From assembly GCA_965203055.1 (NCBI GenBank), contig OZ241863.1, positions 1,696,001 through 1,760,000 of the forward strand: a stretch of 64,000 bases of DNA, written 5' to 3'. Within the stretch, counting starts at the first letter, position 1, and each line of letters begins with the position of its first letter. The notes beneath the pieces are model-generated. The model saw only the letters and a list, made by a program, of their open reading frames with translations. It was not told the origin of the DNA and made no database searches. This document shows, piece by piece, positions 28,397 through 38,459 of this stretch. This DNA comes from Spirochaetia bacterium. GTDB taxonomy: Bacteria; Spirochaetota; Spirochaetia; SZUA-6; Bin103. The position numbers were made by a program, and so were the translations under genes.

Positions 28397-29365
28397 TCAG
28401 GTCCCGTCGCCGCCCGCCGCGGCCGCGCCGTTGGGTTGGCTCCTGAGCTTCTGATACTCCTGCTCGCCAATCCCGGTCGCCCGCTCGATCAACGACCAGT
28501 CGACGCCGACCCGCAGGAATCCATCGATTATCTCCAACCGGCCCTCGCGGTGCCGCTGTTCGGCAACCGCTCGCATCTCGTCGCGCCCTTCCTGGCGCAG
28601 CCGCTCGCCGCTCGTCATCAACTCCCCTCCTGCCGCCGTGCGGCTCAGTATATCGCCCATCGCCTCGGGCGTGTCTTCAGGTCCCGTCTCCGCGATATAG
28701 TGCATGAACATCTTCATGTCGTCCTGACCGCCGCTTCCTTCCCGCTCCAAGTCGTCCAGCAGCGGCCGCATCCGCGCCCGTGCCTCCCGCACCGCGCGGC
28801 TGAAGGCGTGCATCATCGTCAGCTGCAGCAACCGCGCCCGGACGCTGCCGGCCGCCTGCGCCGGCGACACCTGCGTCTGATCGAACAGCACGTGCTCGAA
28901 CCGGGGCAGCCATGGCCAGTCCCGCGTTGCGGCCGGGAACAGGTCAGCGAACTGCGGGGAGTGCTGCCAGCCGGTGGGACCCTGGTAGAAGACCAGCGGC
29001 AGGATCGGGCGCAGATAGCCGGCATCCTGGTGGTCCCGGCGGTCGTGCTCCCAGATGCGGCAGCAGTAGGCCAGCAGGCGCAGGCGCAGCCAGTAGTCCG
29101 GGGTGGACTGATGCTCGAACAGCAGGTAGAGCCAGAGCGGAGCCTGCGCGGCGCCGGGTGCGGCGTAACCGATCTCGAACAGCAGGTCGGACGCGGTGCC
29201 GCGGAGGTCCGGGGCAACGAAGGAAGCGGGGAGCTGCTTGAGCGTGGGCCAGCGCAGGGCGCGGCTGAGCCGCGCGGGCAGCCTGGCTTGCAGGAATGAC
29301 GCGGCGTCCGCCGGGGCGCCGAACACGCGCTTGAACAGATGGTCGTGGGGCTGATGGATAGCCAT
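28397..29365 (-). CDS. Rpn/YhgA-like (Transposase_31) nuclease, divergent fourth copy
   Basis: HDHLFKRVF, SFVAPDLRGTASDLLF, LYLLFEHQSTPD, ILPLVFYQG. Confidence 0.9.
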   Translation of the reverse strand: MAIHQPHDHLFKRVFGAPADAASFLQARLPARLSRALRWPTLKQLPASFVAPDLRGTASDLLFEIGYAAPGAAQAPLWLYLLFEHQSTPDYWLRLRLLAYCCRIWEHDRRDHQDAGYLRPILPLVFYQGPTGWQHSPQFADLFPAATRDWPWLPRFEHVLFDQTQVSPAQAAGSVRARLLQLTMMHAFSRAVREARARMRPLLDDLEREGSGGQDDMKMFMHYIAETGPEDTPEAMGDILSRTAAGGELMTSGERLRQEGRDEMRAVAEQRHREGRLEIIDGFLRVGVDWSLIERATGIGEQEYQKLRSQPNGAAAAGGDGT

Positions 29366-29602
29366 GCCCCATATAACGGGCCGGCCGTCTGTGGCGCTTT
29401 TGCCCGGCGACGCCAACCCTGCGAGCATGGGGGATCGTCCTCAGGCATGCCGGGTGGCGGGTGGCGCCGTCGGCCCGCCGCCCCGTGCGCGCCGGCGGGC
29501 GGCCTCAGCCCTTCCCTGCCTGCGCTCGGCGGCAGCATGCGCGCCGCAATTCTGCTATGGTAGCTTCCGGCACGTATCGTTAGCGCTAAGAGAGAGGGAG
29601 TC

Positions 29603-31042
29603 ATGCCGTCCATCGCAGTCAGAAACTTCGGTCCGATCGCGCACGCCGAGGTCGATCTGAAACCGCTTACCGTGCTGATCGGCTCCAACAACACCGGAAA
29701 ATCATACCTCGCTCTGGCAGTATACTCCCTGTTTCAGGCCGTCTTGAGGATTCGCGACCATAAATATCGGCCGACAAGATCGCGAAGAACTCTGAAACCA
29801 TTGTACGAGCATGAAAATTCGGTTCAACGCCTGGTGAGCGCGGGAGGTGACTGGAGCCGTATCAAGCCGGATGTCGTCAACGTCATCTCAGGGGCATCCC
29901 GGTTCCGCAATCTGCCAGCAGAGATCAAGGAATCTCTTCGAAAGGAATCGAAACTATGGGCCAGGGTGTACTCCGATTACATGGCGTACGAGTTGCAGCG
30001 CAGTTCTGGTTTCAACATGAGTCAACTTGAAAGAAAAGATCACCGGATAGAGCACGGAGGACTTGAAATAAAGGTGTGTGACAAGTCAACCGGACTATCC
30101 TGGAACATGCGTTGTATTGGAGACAATCTAACGGTCGATAGATGGGAACCAAACACATCGATTATGTCAGAAAGTGACGATCGACCATCGCTCATTTCGT
30201 CAAGTCACGATCTAGACCAAGAACGTGACTTGGTCGACTTGTTGACGACGTGGTATCCGGCATTCCTGCTACGAGGTTATTCAACTCCATCGCATTATCT
30301 ACCGGCCGGCAGGTCGGCCATCCTGCAAAGACACAAGACGCTGGCGGGTCTGATCGTCGGACAGGCATCCACCGCGTGGATCGAGTCGAAGCAGGTCGAT
30401 CAGATGCCCGGTGTCATCGCGGATTTCGTTCGGGCGTTGCTCTTCCTTACACGTACAGAACTTCGATCCGGAAAGATAAAGAACACCGTAGAGTTCCTGG
30501 AATCGAATGTCCTCGCGGGGTCGGTGGACCTCGAACGGCAATATGAATACGCGGATCTGCAATACCGGAGCGATGTGGGAGAGTTCAACTTGCACCAAGT
30601 ATCGTCCATGGTGTCCGAAATAGCCCCGCTGGTGCTATACCTGAAGTATCTGGTAAGACTGAATCATCTATGCATCATCGAGGAGCCGGAGTCGCACCTG
30701 GACCCGGCCAATCAGCGCCTCCTTGCCCGAGCCATCGCGATGTTGGTAAACGCCGGCGTACGAATTCTAGTGACGACTCATAGCGACATTTTTCTGAACC
30801 AGATCAACAACTTGATGCAGATTTCCAGTCTTGCACCAAGAAAACGTCTGAGGATGGGTTACAAGGCTGCCGAAGTGCTGACCCCAAGTGACGTATCAGC
30901 ATACGTGTTCAGACCCGGCGACCGCGGCACTCACGTAACTCCGCTTTCGGTCGATGGCGATTACGGTATCTCTACCGAGTCGTTCGACGCAGTTCACCGC
31001 GCCCTCTACGACGAAGCCGTCAAGATGGAGCATGACGGATAG
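29603..31042 (+). CDS. AAA_15/AAA_21 ABC-type ATPase (AbiEii/OLD-like)
   Basis: VRNFGPI, IGSNNTGKS, YLPAGRS, IIEEPESHLDP, VTTHS; low-GC middle region. Confidence 0.85.
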   Translation: MPSIAVRNFGPIAHAEVDLKPLTVLIGSNNTGKSYLALAVYSLFQAVLRIRDHKYRPTRSRRTLKPLYEHENSVQRLVSAGGDWSRIKPDVVNVISGASRFRNLPAEIKESLRKESKLWARVYSDYMAYELQRSSGFNMSQLERKDHRIEHGGLEIKVCDKSTGLSWNMRCIGDNLTVDRWEPNTSIMSESDDRPSLISSSHDLDQERDLVDLLTTWYPAFLLRGYSTPSHYLPAGRSAILQRHKTLAGLIVGQASTAWIESKQVDQMPGVIADFVRALLFLTRTELRSGKIKNTVEFLESNVLAGSVDLERQYEYADLQYRSDVGEFNLHQVSSMVSEIAPLVLYLKYLVRLNHLCIIEEPESHLDPANQRLLARAIAMLVNAGVRILVTTHSDIFLNQINNLMQISSLAPRKRLRMGYKAAEVLTPSDVSAYVFRPGDRGTHVTPLSVDGDYGISTESFDAVHRALYDEAVKMEHDG

Positions 31043-31202
31043 CGCCCGTGTACGTTCCTCCGCAAACACTTGGCTGCGTCTGCGATTCATGCAGCGAAGG
31101 GAACTGCAGTATCGACTTGACCGGCCGAACCAGGATCGTTCAGGTGTTGAACCTCGACGCGAAGCAGCCGGATTGAGTTTCGAGGGCAGAGCCGCAGAAT
31201 AA
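31032..31202 (+). pseudogene. Possible remnant of the ATPase partner gene
   Basis: ATG overlaps the ATPase 3' end; short frames only, with an alternative frame reading SCSEGNCSIDLTG..LNLD before a stop. Confidence 0.3.
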
Positions 31203-31571
31203 TTCCGATGGAATGCGGATCACGGCTCAGCAGCATCCGGGGACTATGAGAGGATCAAGGTCGTCGCGCGCGGCCGGTGCCGGCGGGTAGCTCCGGGAAC
31301 CGGCACCGCCCCTGATTCTCGGCACCGGGGCGCAGACCGAAAGGCGATGCAAGCGCTGGGCGCACTTCCAAAGTGTTGTTGGTGACTGCCGGCCGGGACC
31401 TCCGGCCGGCGGGCGCCGACGGTTATCTGCTTGGCGTGTCGTTCTCACCCCGCTCGCGGAGCATCGCCTCAAGTGCGGCGATGCGCGCTTCCGCCTGGCT
31501 CGGGCGCCCCGTCGGTCACCGTCGGTCGCGGCGAGGTTGACAGCGGCGCCTGCCGGTGCAAGCCTTCCGGG

Positions 31572-32516
31572 ATGCCGGAGCGACGTGCCGTGCACCGTTC
31601 TCTGCTGTCGTGGCGGCGCGACCTGAGCGTCAACTACCAGCTCTACCTGCTGGTGCTGCTGCCGGTCGTCTACATCTTCGTGTTCATGTACCTGCCGATG
31701 TACGGCACCCAGATCGCGTTCCGCGAGTTTCTCGCGGTCAAGGGCATCTGGGGCAGCGACTGGGTAGGCTTCAAGTACTTCCTCAAGTTCTTCGACTCCC
31801 CCTACTTCGTGCGCGTGGTGCGCAACACGCTGGAAATCAGCCTCTACACCCTGATCGCCGGGTTCCCGTTCCCGATCCTGCTGGCGCTGGCGCTCAACAG
31901 CGCCCTCAACCGCCGCTTCAAGAAGACGGTGCAGATGATCACCTACGCGCCCTACTTCATCTCTACCGTAGTCATGGTCGGCATGCTCTTCCAGTTCCTC
32001 TCCCTCAGGATCGGCTTCGTCAACGACTTCCTCGCCGCCCTCGGCTTCGAGCGGGTGATGTTCCTCTCCGAGCCGGCCCTGTTCAGCTCGGTGTACGTAT
32101 GGTCCGGCATCTGGCAGTTCACCGGCTGGAACTCGATCATCTACCTGGCGGCGCTCTCCACCGTCGATCCGGAGTTGCACGAGGCGGCCATCGTCGACGG
32201 CGCCAACCGCCTGCGGCGCATCCTGCACGTCGACGTTCCGTGCATCCTGCCCACCATCGTCGTGCTGCTGATCATCCAGTGCGGCCAGCTCATGACGGTG
32301 AGCTTCGAGAAGGTGATTCTCATGCAGCGCCCGCTCAATCTCGCGCGCTCCGAGATCATCACCACCTACGTCTACAAGGTGGGACTGGCCGGCAGCGTCT
32401 TCCCCGACTACTCCTACGGAGCCGCGATCGGGCTGTTCAATGCGGTGATCAACCTGCTCCTGATCCTGGCGGTCAACAAGTTGTCCCGGACCACCACCGG
32501 GCAGAGTCTCTGGTAG
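31572..32516 (+). CDS. Polysaccharide/sugar ABC permease (LplB-like)
   Basis: YLPMYGTQIAF, WVGFKYF, GWNSIIYLAAL, LHEAAIVDGA; start uncertain. Confidence 0.88.
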   Translation: MPERRAVHRSLLSWRRDLSVNYQLYLLVLLPVVYIFVFMYLPMYGTQIAFREFLAVKGIWGSDWVGFKYFLKFFDSPYFVRVVRNTLEISLYTLIAGFPFPILLALALNSALNRRFKKTVQMITYAPYFISTVVMVGMLFQFLSLRIGFVNDFLAALGFERVMFLSEPALFSSVYVWSGIWQFTGWNSIIYLAALSTVDPELHEAAIVDGANRLRRILHVDVPCILPTIVVLLIIQCGQLMTVSFEKVILMQRPLNLARSEIITTYVYKVGLAGSVFPDYSYGAAIGLFNAVINLLLILAVNKLSRTTTGQSLW

Positions 32517-32519
32517 CGT

Positions 32520-33422
32520 ATGGCGCGGCCCTCGATCACCGTCTCCACCGCCGACCGGGTGTTCTACTCCTGCAACACCGCCTTCCTGGTACTGGCGGTG
32601 CTGGTGGTGCTGTATCCGCTGGTCTACGTGGTCAGCTCCTCCTTCAGCTCCACCGACGCGGTGATCGCCGGGCGCGTCTGGCTGTGGCCGGTGGAGCCGT
32701 CGCTGCGCGGCTACGAGGCGGTGTTCGAACACGAGGGCATCCTCAGAGGCTACTACAACTCGTTCTTCTACATGACCGTCGGTACCGCGGTCAACGTGGC
32801 GATGACGATTCTCGCCGGCTACCCGCTGTCGCGGCGCGATTTCAAGGCGCGCAACGGCATCATGCTGTTCTTCGTCTTCACGATGATCTTCCAGGGCGGC
32901 CTGATCCCCACCTACATCCTGATCCGCAACCTGGGGATGGTGAATACGCGCGCCGTGATGATCGTTCCGCTGGCGCTGTCGGTATGGAACGTGATCATCA
33001 CCCGCACCTTCTTTCAAAGCACCATCGCGCCCGAACTGCTCGAAGCGGCGCGCATCGACGGCTGCAGCGACTTCCAGTTCGTGTATTACGTCGTGCTCCA
33101 CCTGGCCGGCGCGGTCATCGCGGTCAACGCGCTGTTCTACGCCGTGCACCACTGGAACGGCTTCTTTCAGGCGTTCATCTATCTCAACGAGGAACGGTTG
33201 TATCCGCTGCAGCTCGTGCTGCGCAAGATCCTGATTCTCAACGAGGTCGATTCGATGATGTTGACCGGCGTCAATCTGGAAGCGCTGGAGGCCCGCCAGG
33301 GGTTGGTGGAACTGCTGAAGTACTCGCTGATCGTAGTCGCCAGCGTTCCCGTTCTCATCATGTATCCGTTTGCCCAGCGATACTTTGTGAAAGGTGTCAT
33401 GATTGGGGCGATCAAGGGATAA
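32520..33422 (+). CDS. Sugar ABC permease (LplC-like)
   Basis: GGLIPTY, LLEAARIDG, YPFAQRYFVKGVMIGAIKG. Confidence 0.9.
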   Translation: MARPSITVSTADRVFYSCNTAFLVLAVLVVLYPLVYVVSSSFSSTDAVIAGRVWLWPVEPSLRGYEAVFEHEGILRGYYNSFFYMTVGTAVNVAMTILAGYPLSRRDFKARNGIMLFFVFTMIFQGGLIPTYILIRNLGMVNTRAVMIVPLALSVWNVIITRTFFQSTIAPELLEAARIDGCSDFQFVYYVVLHLAGAVIAVNALFYAVHHWNGFFQAFIYLNEERLYPLQLVLRKILILNEVDSMMLTGVNLEALEARQGLVELLKYSLIVVASVPVLIMYPFAQRYFVKGVMIGAIKG

Positions 33423-33444
33423 ATCACGACGAGGAGGAGCTCGT

Positions 33445-35085
33445 ATGAGAAAGCTCGGCCTGTTGTTCGCATTGTCATTCGCTTTGTCGGTGCTGCCGGC
33501 GCTGGCGTTCGGCGCCGGTCAGACCATGGAGGAGGGCGCCGCCGGGCGCCTGCTGCCGACCCCCGCCGGGGTGCTGCCGATCGTCGAGGAGCCGGTGACC
33601 TTGCAGGTGTTCGTGGCGCCGGCGGCGTTCATCGGCGACTTCAACACCAACAAGGCGACGATCTATTGGGAGGAGATGACCGGCGTCCACGTCGACTGGA
33701 TCCAGGTGCCGGAACAGGACAAGGCGCAGAAGCTGACCCTGATGCTGTCCAGCGGTTCCGACCTGCCCGACGTCTTCTCGACCCACCTCAGCTTCGAGCA
33801 GGTGATTCTGTACGGCGCGCAGGGATTGTTCATCCCGCTGAACGACCTGATCGACCAGTACGGCCACGGCATCCACAAGGTGTTCAAGCTGGAGCCCAAC
33901 GCGCGCAACGTGATCACTGCGCCGGACGGCAACATCTACACCCTGCCCTACTACAACGACTGCTATCACTGCCGCTACGCGCAGCGCGCCTGGATCAACG
34001 TCGACTGGCTGCAGCGCCTCGGCCTGGAGATGCCGCGGACCACCGAGGAGCTGGTGACCGTGCTGCGCGCCTTCAAGGAGAACGACGCCAACGGCAACGG
34101 CAAGGCGGACGAGATTCCGCTGCTGTCGCAGGCCAACAGCTGGCACAGCGACAGCACCGACTTCCTGATGAATCCGTTCACCTTCAACCCCGGCAACTCC
34201 ACCCTGTGGCGCTACGTCCAGGGTGACGAGGTGGTGTTCGCGCCTGTCCAACCCGGCTGGAAGGATGGCCTGCGCTATCTCAGGCGCCTGCACGACGAGG
34301 GGCTGCTGGACCCGGAGAGCTTCTCCATCGACCAGAACGGCCTCCGCCAGCTCACCGAGAACCCGGCCGGCAACCGCGTCGGCCTGAGCCTGGGCGGCTA
34401 CCACGGCATGTTCGCGGCGCTGGACGCCGACGGCGCCAAGCACGACTACGAGGCGCTGCCGCCGCTGCAGGGACCGGCCGGCCGGCAGACGCCGGTGTAC
34501 TACGTCGGCATCACCCCGATCTTCGTGGTCACCAGGGACAGCGAGTACCCGGAGATCGCCTACCGCTGGGGCGACATGATGTACGACGACGAAAAGGCGA
34601 TTCTCGGCGGTTGGGGCCAGGAGGACGAGGACTGGCGCGCGGCCCGGCCCGGCGAGCTGGGCATCACCGGCGAGCAGGCCACCTGGGTGCGGCTGACCGA
34701 ATGGGGGGTGCCCCACAACTCCCACTGGGGGCAGTCGATTCCCCAGATCGCCAACGGCGACACCTACTACTTCAGCGTGGCCGCGGAGCAGGGCGCCTGG
34801 AACCTGGAGCATGAGCTGTGGAAGGCCAGCACCCACGCCATGAGGCCCTACGGCGTCGAGAACAAGGCGCTGCCGCCGTTGTTCCTCGACCTGGACATGG
34901 TGCAGGAGCTGAGCGAACCGCTGGCCCTGCTGCGCCAGCACGTGGATGAGTGGAACGCCCTGTTCATCACCGGCCGCAAGGAGATCGACGGCGACTGGGA
35001 CGAATTCGTCAACGGTCTGGAGGACATCGGCCTGCCCAAGGTGCTGGAGATGACCACCGCCGCCTACCGGCGCCAGTACCGCTAA
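33445..35085 (+). CDS. Sugar ABC solute-binding protein (LplA-like)
   Basis: GAGGAGGAG RBS; signal peptide; EEMTGV, SGSDLPD, PDGNIYTLP, DANGNGKADEIPL. Confidence 0.9.
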   Translation: MRKLGLLFALSFALSVLPALAFGAGQTMEEGAAGRLLPTPAGVLPIVEEPVTLQVFVAPAAFIGDFNTNKATIYWEEMTGVHVDWIQVPEQDKAQKLTLMLSSGSDLPDVFSTHLSFEQVILYGAQGLFIPLNDLIDQYGHGIHKVFKLEPNARNVITAPDGNIYTLPYYNDCYHCRYAQRAWINVDWLQRLGLEMPRTTEELVTVLRAFKENDANGNGKADEIPLLSQANSWHSDSTDFLMNPFTFNPGNSTLWRYVQGDEVVFAPVQPGWKDGLRYLRRLHDEGLLDPESFSIDQNGLRQLTENPAGNRVGLSLGGYHGMFAALDADGAKHDYEALPPLQGPAGRQTPVYYVGITPIFVVTRDSEYPEIAYRWGDMMYDDEKAILGGWGQEDEDWRAARPGELGITGEQATWVRLTEWGVPHNSHWGQSIPQIANGDTYYFSVAAEQGAWNLEHELWKASTHAMRPYGVENKALPPLFLDLDMVQELSEPLALLRQHVDEWNALFITGRKEIDGDWDEFVNGLEDIGLPKVLEMTTAAYRRQYR

Positions 35086-35090
35086 GCTAA

Positions 35091-35121
35091 GCAAGCCAAG
35101 CGCTCAGCGCGCTTGGCTTGC
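35091..35121. terminator. Perfect 13-bp hairpin between convergent genes
   Basis: gcaagccaagcgc-tcagc-gcgcttggcttgc immediately after the SBP stop. Confidence 0.55.
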
Positions 35122-35229
35122 GGAGCCCCGCCGGCGGCTTCCCGCTGCCCGGCGGCGCTCCCACTTCACAGACGCGGTCCGGTCGCCGCCGCCACCCGGT
35201 GCCCGGCAACCAAACGCGACTACATTGAA

Positions 35230-36171
35230 TCAGAGGGGCAGGTGATTGCCGATGTATCCGATTTCTACTTCGCGGGACGTGGGATCAAATCGGAGATGAA
35301 TGCGACCGCCGTTTCCGAAGCGGGCATGCCACTCGAATAGCTCGCGGGAGCCGATATGAGACTGAAATCTACGTGCTGCCAGAAGTTTGCGACTATTCCT
35401 TACACGGTCGCTCTCCGGCGTTACCGTCGTTCTCCAGGACGGCGCGGGGCCGCCCGCTTTACTCCATTCTTGAGCCGAGCGGTCCAGATCGAGCAGCTTC
35501 CCGGCGATAGTCGACAACTGGTTGGCGCACATGCGGAGATTATCTTGCACTCCCGGACCGAAGATGAGTCCGGGGAACAGCTCGCCGCGGTTCTCCCACA
35601 AGGTCTTCGGATCATTTGGAACTCGGATTCGATCGCGGTGTCGGTCGCAAATGCCGTATGCGTGCCGGGAACGGGTGAGCTGGTCGATCTCTTCGGATAC
35701 ACGCCCGATAATCTCGCCGGCGAACAGCTCCTCGAATTCGACTGTCAGGCGGTCACTGTCCCAGGTCGAAGCCGAAGGAAATCCGACGGCTATCCCATCG
35801 TCGATGGCGCACAGCACGAGCGGCTCTCCGTCTCTGTCCGCCAGTTTCAATTCCTGGCAGCCGAGAAATCTTTCCCTCACCTCCTCGCCGACGTCGTCAA
35901 GAAGTGGGTGCTTGGAAGCCATCCTCATGAGGAACAGGTATTCTTCCCGATGGTTCGACCGTCTCAGGTCGATGCAGGCATCGAAGTACGTATAATCGGC
36001 CAGACATCGCGTATCGGAAAGGTTCTTCGCCGTCCGCAGGCTCGCATCTACCACCCTCTTGCTGACGAGATGGCTCATGCCGACCGCAACGTCCTTGAGC
36101 CATGTCGAAATCGAATGACGGTCGGAACCCGGCGCAAAGAGGCTGGCGTGGTTGAGGATCATTTCTCGCAT
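35230..36171 (-). CDS. Putative defence effector (Menshen NsnC-like), possible RNase-type C-terminus
   Basis: Third gene of the DUF262-ATPase operon; C-terminal TPES..V...RRF...FEWHARFG.GGRIHL.....VEIGYIGNHLP. Confidence 0.6.
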   Translation of the reverse strand: MREMILNHASLFAPGSDRHSISTWLKDVAVGMSHLVSKRVVDASLRTAKNLSDTRCLADYTYFDACIDLRRSNHREEYLFLMRMASKHPLLDDVGEEVRERFLGCQELKLADRDGEPLVLCAIDDGIAVGFPSASTWDSDRLTVEFEELFAGEIIGRVSEEIDQLTRSRHAYGICDRHRDRIRVPNDPKTLWENRGELFPGLIFGPGVQDNLRMCANQLSTIAGKLLDLDRSAQEWSKAGGPAPSWRTTVTPESDRVRNSRKLLAARRFQSHIGSRELFEWHARFGNGGRIHLRFDPTSREVEIGYIGNHLPL

Positions 36172-36172
36172 G

Positions 36173-37285
36173 TCATGACCTGGGCGCGATCAGTCTGGCG
36201 AGATTCTCCTCATGTTGATCGAAGAAACCTGCCGGCCACGCCGACAGGCGCCCGTCGGCGTCCACCCTCGGCGAAGCCACCGTCGTCCTGCCGCCTTCGC
36301 GTTCGAAGTAGTGGAATGCGGTGTCGCCCGGCTCGATCAGCTTGTCACGCACGGCGATCCGTATGCCATCGATGAAGTGATCGCTATGAGTTTCGACTAT
36401 CACCTGCACGCCGGCCAGCGCGGCGCGAACGGCAAGTTCCGCCAATCTGGTCTGACCGCGCGGGTGTAGATGGGCCTCCGGATTCTCGATCAGGCAGAGC
36501 GAACCGGGAGGCGCCAACAGGGCGGTCAACACCGGCAGCGTGTACGAGAGGCCGAACCCGACGTTGGTCGCTCGGAAGCGTCTGGTCGTCACGTCGCCGG
36601 CGCGGTCGAACGAGAAGCCGGCAATGATGGCGTCGGCGTCCCGGACGGCCTCCAGTTGCAGGTGCGCGCCGGGCGTCACCTCCCGGAGCCAGTGATCGAC
36701 TACGTCGAGCAGCCGGCGGCCGGCATGCCCGGTCTGACGAGGATCGTCCGGCGTCAATGCCTCATTCTGGTGAGCCGCCAGGTAATTCAGCGCGTACTCG
36801 CCGCGCGCGCCAAGATAGCCGCTACGGGCGAACGCCTCCGACTGGCGGTAGAGCTTGCGCGGGCCGAGACGTTCAGCGCTTACGTAGATGAGAGACCCTC
36901 CGACCGGCGGATACCCGTCCCACAATTCCACACCGTCCAGCCCTTCATCATCGGCTCTCAACCGGTCGGCCTCCGGGGAGTAGCGAAACGTCAATCTGAG
37001 CGGGGTTCGCACCACCTGGTGATGCAACCCGAATACGATGACCTCCTCCTCGGCGTCTTCGAAGAGCGTGTCCTGACCGGTACCGATATCCGTGAGCTCC
37101 CCGCCCAGAACGAGTTCCCCCCGAAGCAGATCCCCGGACGAAGCGGACTGTCCCAACACGAGGAGCGCCTGTATGAGGCTGCTCTTTCCCATGCCGTTCA
37201 CGCCGCACAGCATCGTCAGCGGCGAGCAGGTCAGGTCCAGCGTATCGAAGCACTTGAAGTTCCGCAGTACGATCCGTTCAAGCAT
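36173..37285 (-). CDS. ABC-type ATPase with DUF3696-like C-terminus (NsnB-like)
   Basis: LRNFKCF, GVNGMGKSS, NVGFGLSY, IENPEAHLHPRGQ, VETHSDH, WPAGFFDQ. Confidence 0.85.
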   Translation of the reverse strand: MLERIVLRNFKCFDTLDLTCSPLTMLCGVNGMGKSSLIQALLVLGQSASSGDLLRGELVLGGELTDIGTGQDTLFEDAEEEVIVFGLHHQVVRTPLRLTFRYSPEADRLRADDEGLDGVELWDGYPPVGGSLIYVSAERLGPRKLYRQSEAFARSGYLGARGEYALNYLAAHQNEALTPDDPRQTGHAGRRLLDVVDHWLREVTPGAHLQLEAVRDADAIIAGFSFDRAGDVTTRRFRATNVGFGLSYTLPVLTALLAPPGSLCLIENPEAHLHPRGQTRLAELAVRAALAGVQVIVETHSDHFIDGIRIAVRDKLIEPGDTAFHYFEREGGRTTVASPRVDADGRLSAWPAGFFDQHEENLARLIAPRS

Positions 37286-38393
37286 TGAGACACCTCTCGA
37301 TCAGTTCCTGAGTCGTCCGAAACCGCTTCCGTACCCGGGCCGGATGGCCGGTAGATGCGGATATCGAAGTTTCGAATTCCGCATCGGTGTTCATCAGCGA
37401 TATGAATTCATCAATGATCCGATCGCGGTTTTCCGCCAGAATCTCGACCTTATCGTCCGTAAGCCGAGCCAACCCGACGCTCCAGGCATCGAACAGCGCC
37501 TTGTTGATCGGGTACCGGCCTTCGTCTCTGCCGTAGCGCTTGCGGAATGCGTGTGTCTTGAAAATACGATACGCGCCGCGCATCGCTCGCCTGAAGTCTC
37601 TGGTAAGGACGTCTCGCTGTGCGGTCTCCATGGCATTGACGCGCTTCATCGCGGTGCCGAGATAGCCGTCCAGGTCGTTGGCTGAATAGTCTTCCCATGG
37701 TTCGATGTGGAACGCAATGAATCGCAATACACACTCCCGATCTTCCATGCGTATGTTCCTGATAGAGTTATCGGTAGCCCTCTTGAACTCGTCCGATTCA
37801 GCCAGCTCTTTCAGGTATTTCCGAACCGGCCCCGGATGCAAGGCATGCCGAATCTCTTGGCCGTTGAGTGTCGCTCCGCCCGTATTGATGCGTCGAAATA
37901 TGTTGAACATCACCTCTTCGGGAGTGCCAGGATCGATGACGTTCACCACCAGCTGCGTCTCACGAATCCGCCTCTGCATACGGTGAGGGAGGTCCATGAA
38001 CGACTTGCCATTCAAGCTCGTGAGATACTCGAGCTGTTGCAGGACAAACTTTCCCTCGACGTAATTGAACATGGTCGACGTTCTCTGCAGACCATCGACC
38101 ACGGACCATTTCTCGTCGTGGTCGGCGGCAACGTAGAAGACCGGTATCGGGATGCGCAGCAGGAGAGATTCGATGAGACGGCTCTTTTGAAGATCGTTCC
38201 AGATATCCGCCATGCGTTGAAAGTCAGGAGCGAGATCGATTTCCTGGTAACGGATGCGAGCAACGACTTGATCGACCACGACGTTGACCGTACGCACCCG
38301 TATCTTTTCGGGATCGAACGGTCGTTTGATCCGGAGGGTCTCATCCTCATCCTCTTGCTCTATCCCTACGTCCTTGGAATCGGGTTCTGCCAT
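37278..38393 (-). CDS. DUF262 (ParB-like) domain protein (NsnA-like)
   Basis: PDFQR..IW....SRLIESLLLRIPIP, VVDGLQR, IFRRINTGG. Confidence 0.88.
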   Translation of the reverse strand: MAEPDSKDVGIEQEDEDETLRIKRPFDPEKIRVRTVNVVVDQVVARIRYQEIDLAPDFQRMADIWNDLQKSRLIESLLLRIPIPVFYVAADHDEKWSVVDGLQRTSTMFNYVEGKFVLQQLEYLTSLNGKSFMDLPHRMQRRIRETQLVVNVIDPGTPEEVMFNIFRRINTGGATLNGQEIRHALHPGPVRKYLKELAESDEFKRATDNSIRNIRMEDRECVLRFIAFHIEPWEDYSANDLDGYLGTAMKRVNAMETAQRDVLTRDFRRAMRGAYRIFKTHAFRKRYGRDEGRYPINKALFDAWSVGLARLTDDKVEILAENRDRIIDEFISLMNTDAEFETSISASTGHPARVRKRFRTTQELIERCLNA

Positions 38394-38459
38394 GGCGGTG
38401 GTATTCTACCTCAATCGTTCATCATCAGTCACGTACGGAGGCGATGCGATGCGCGGCGT

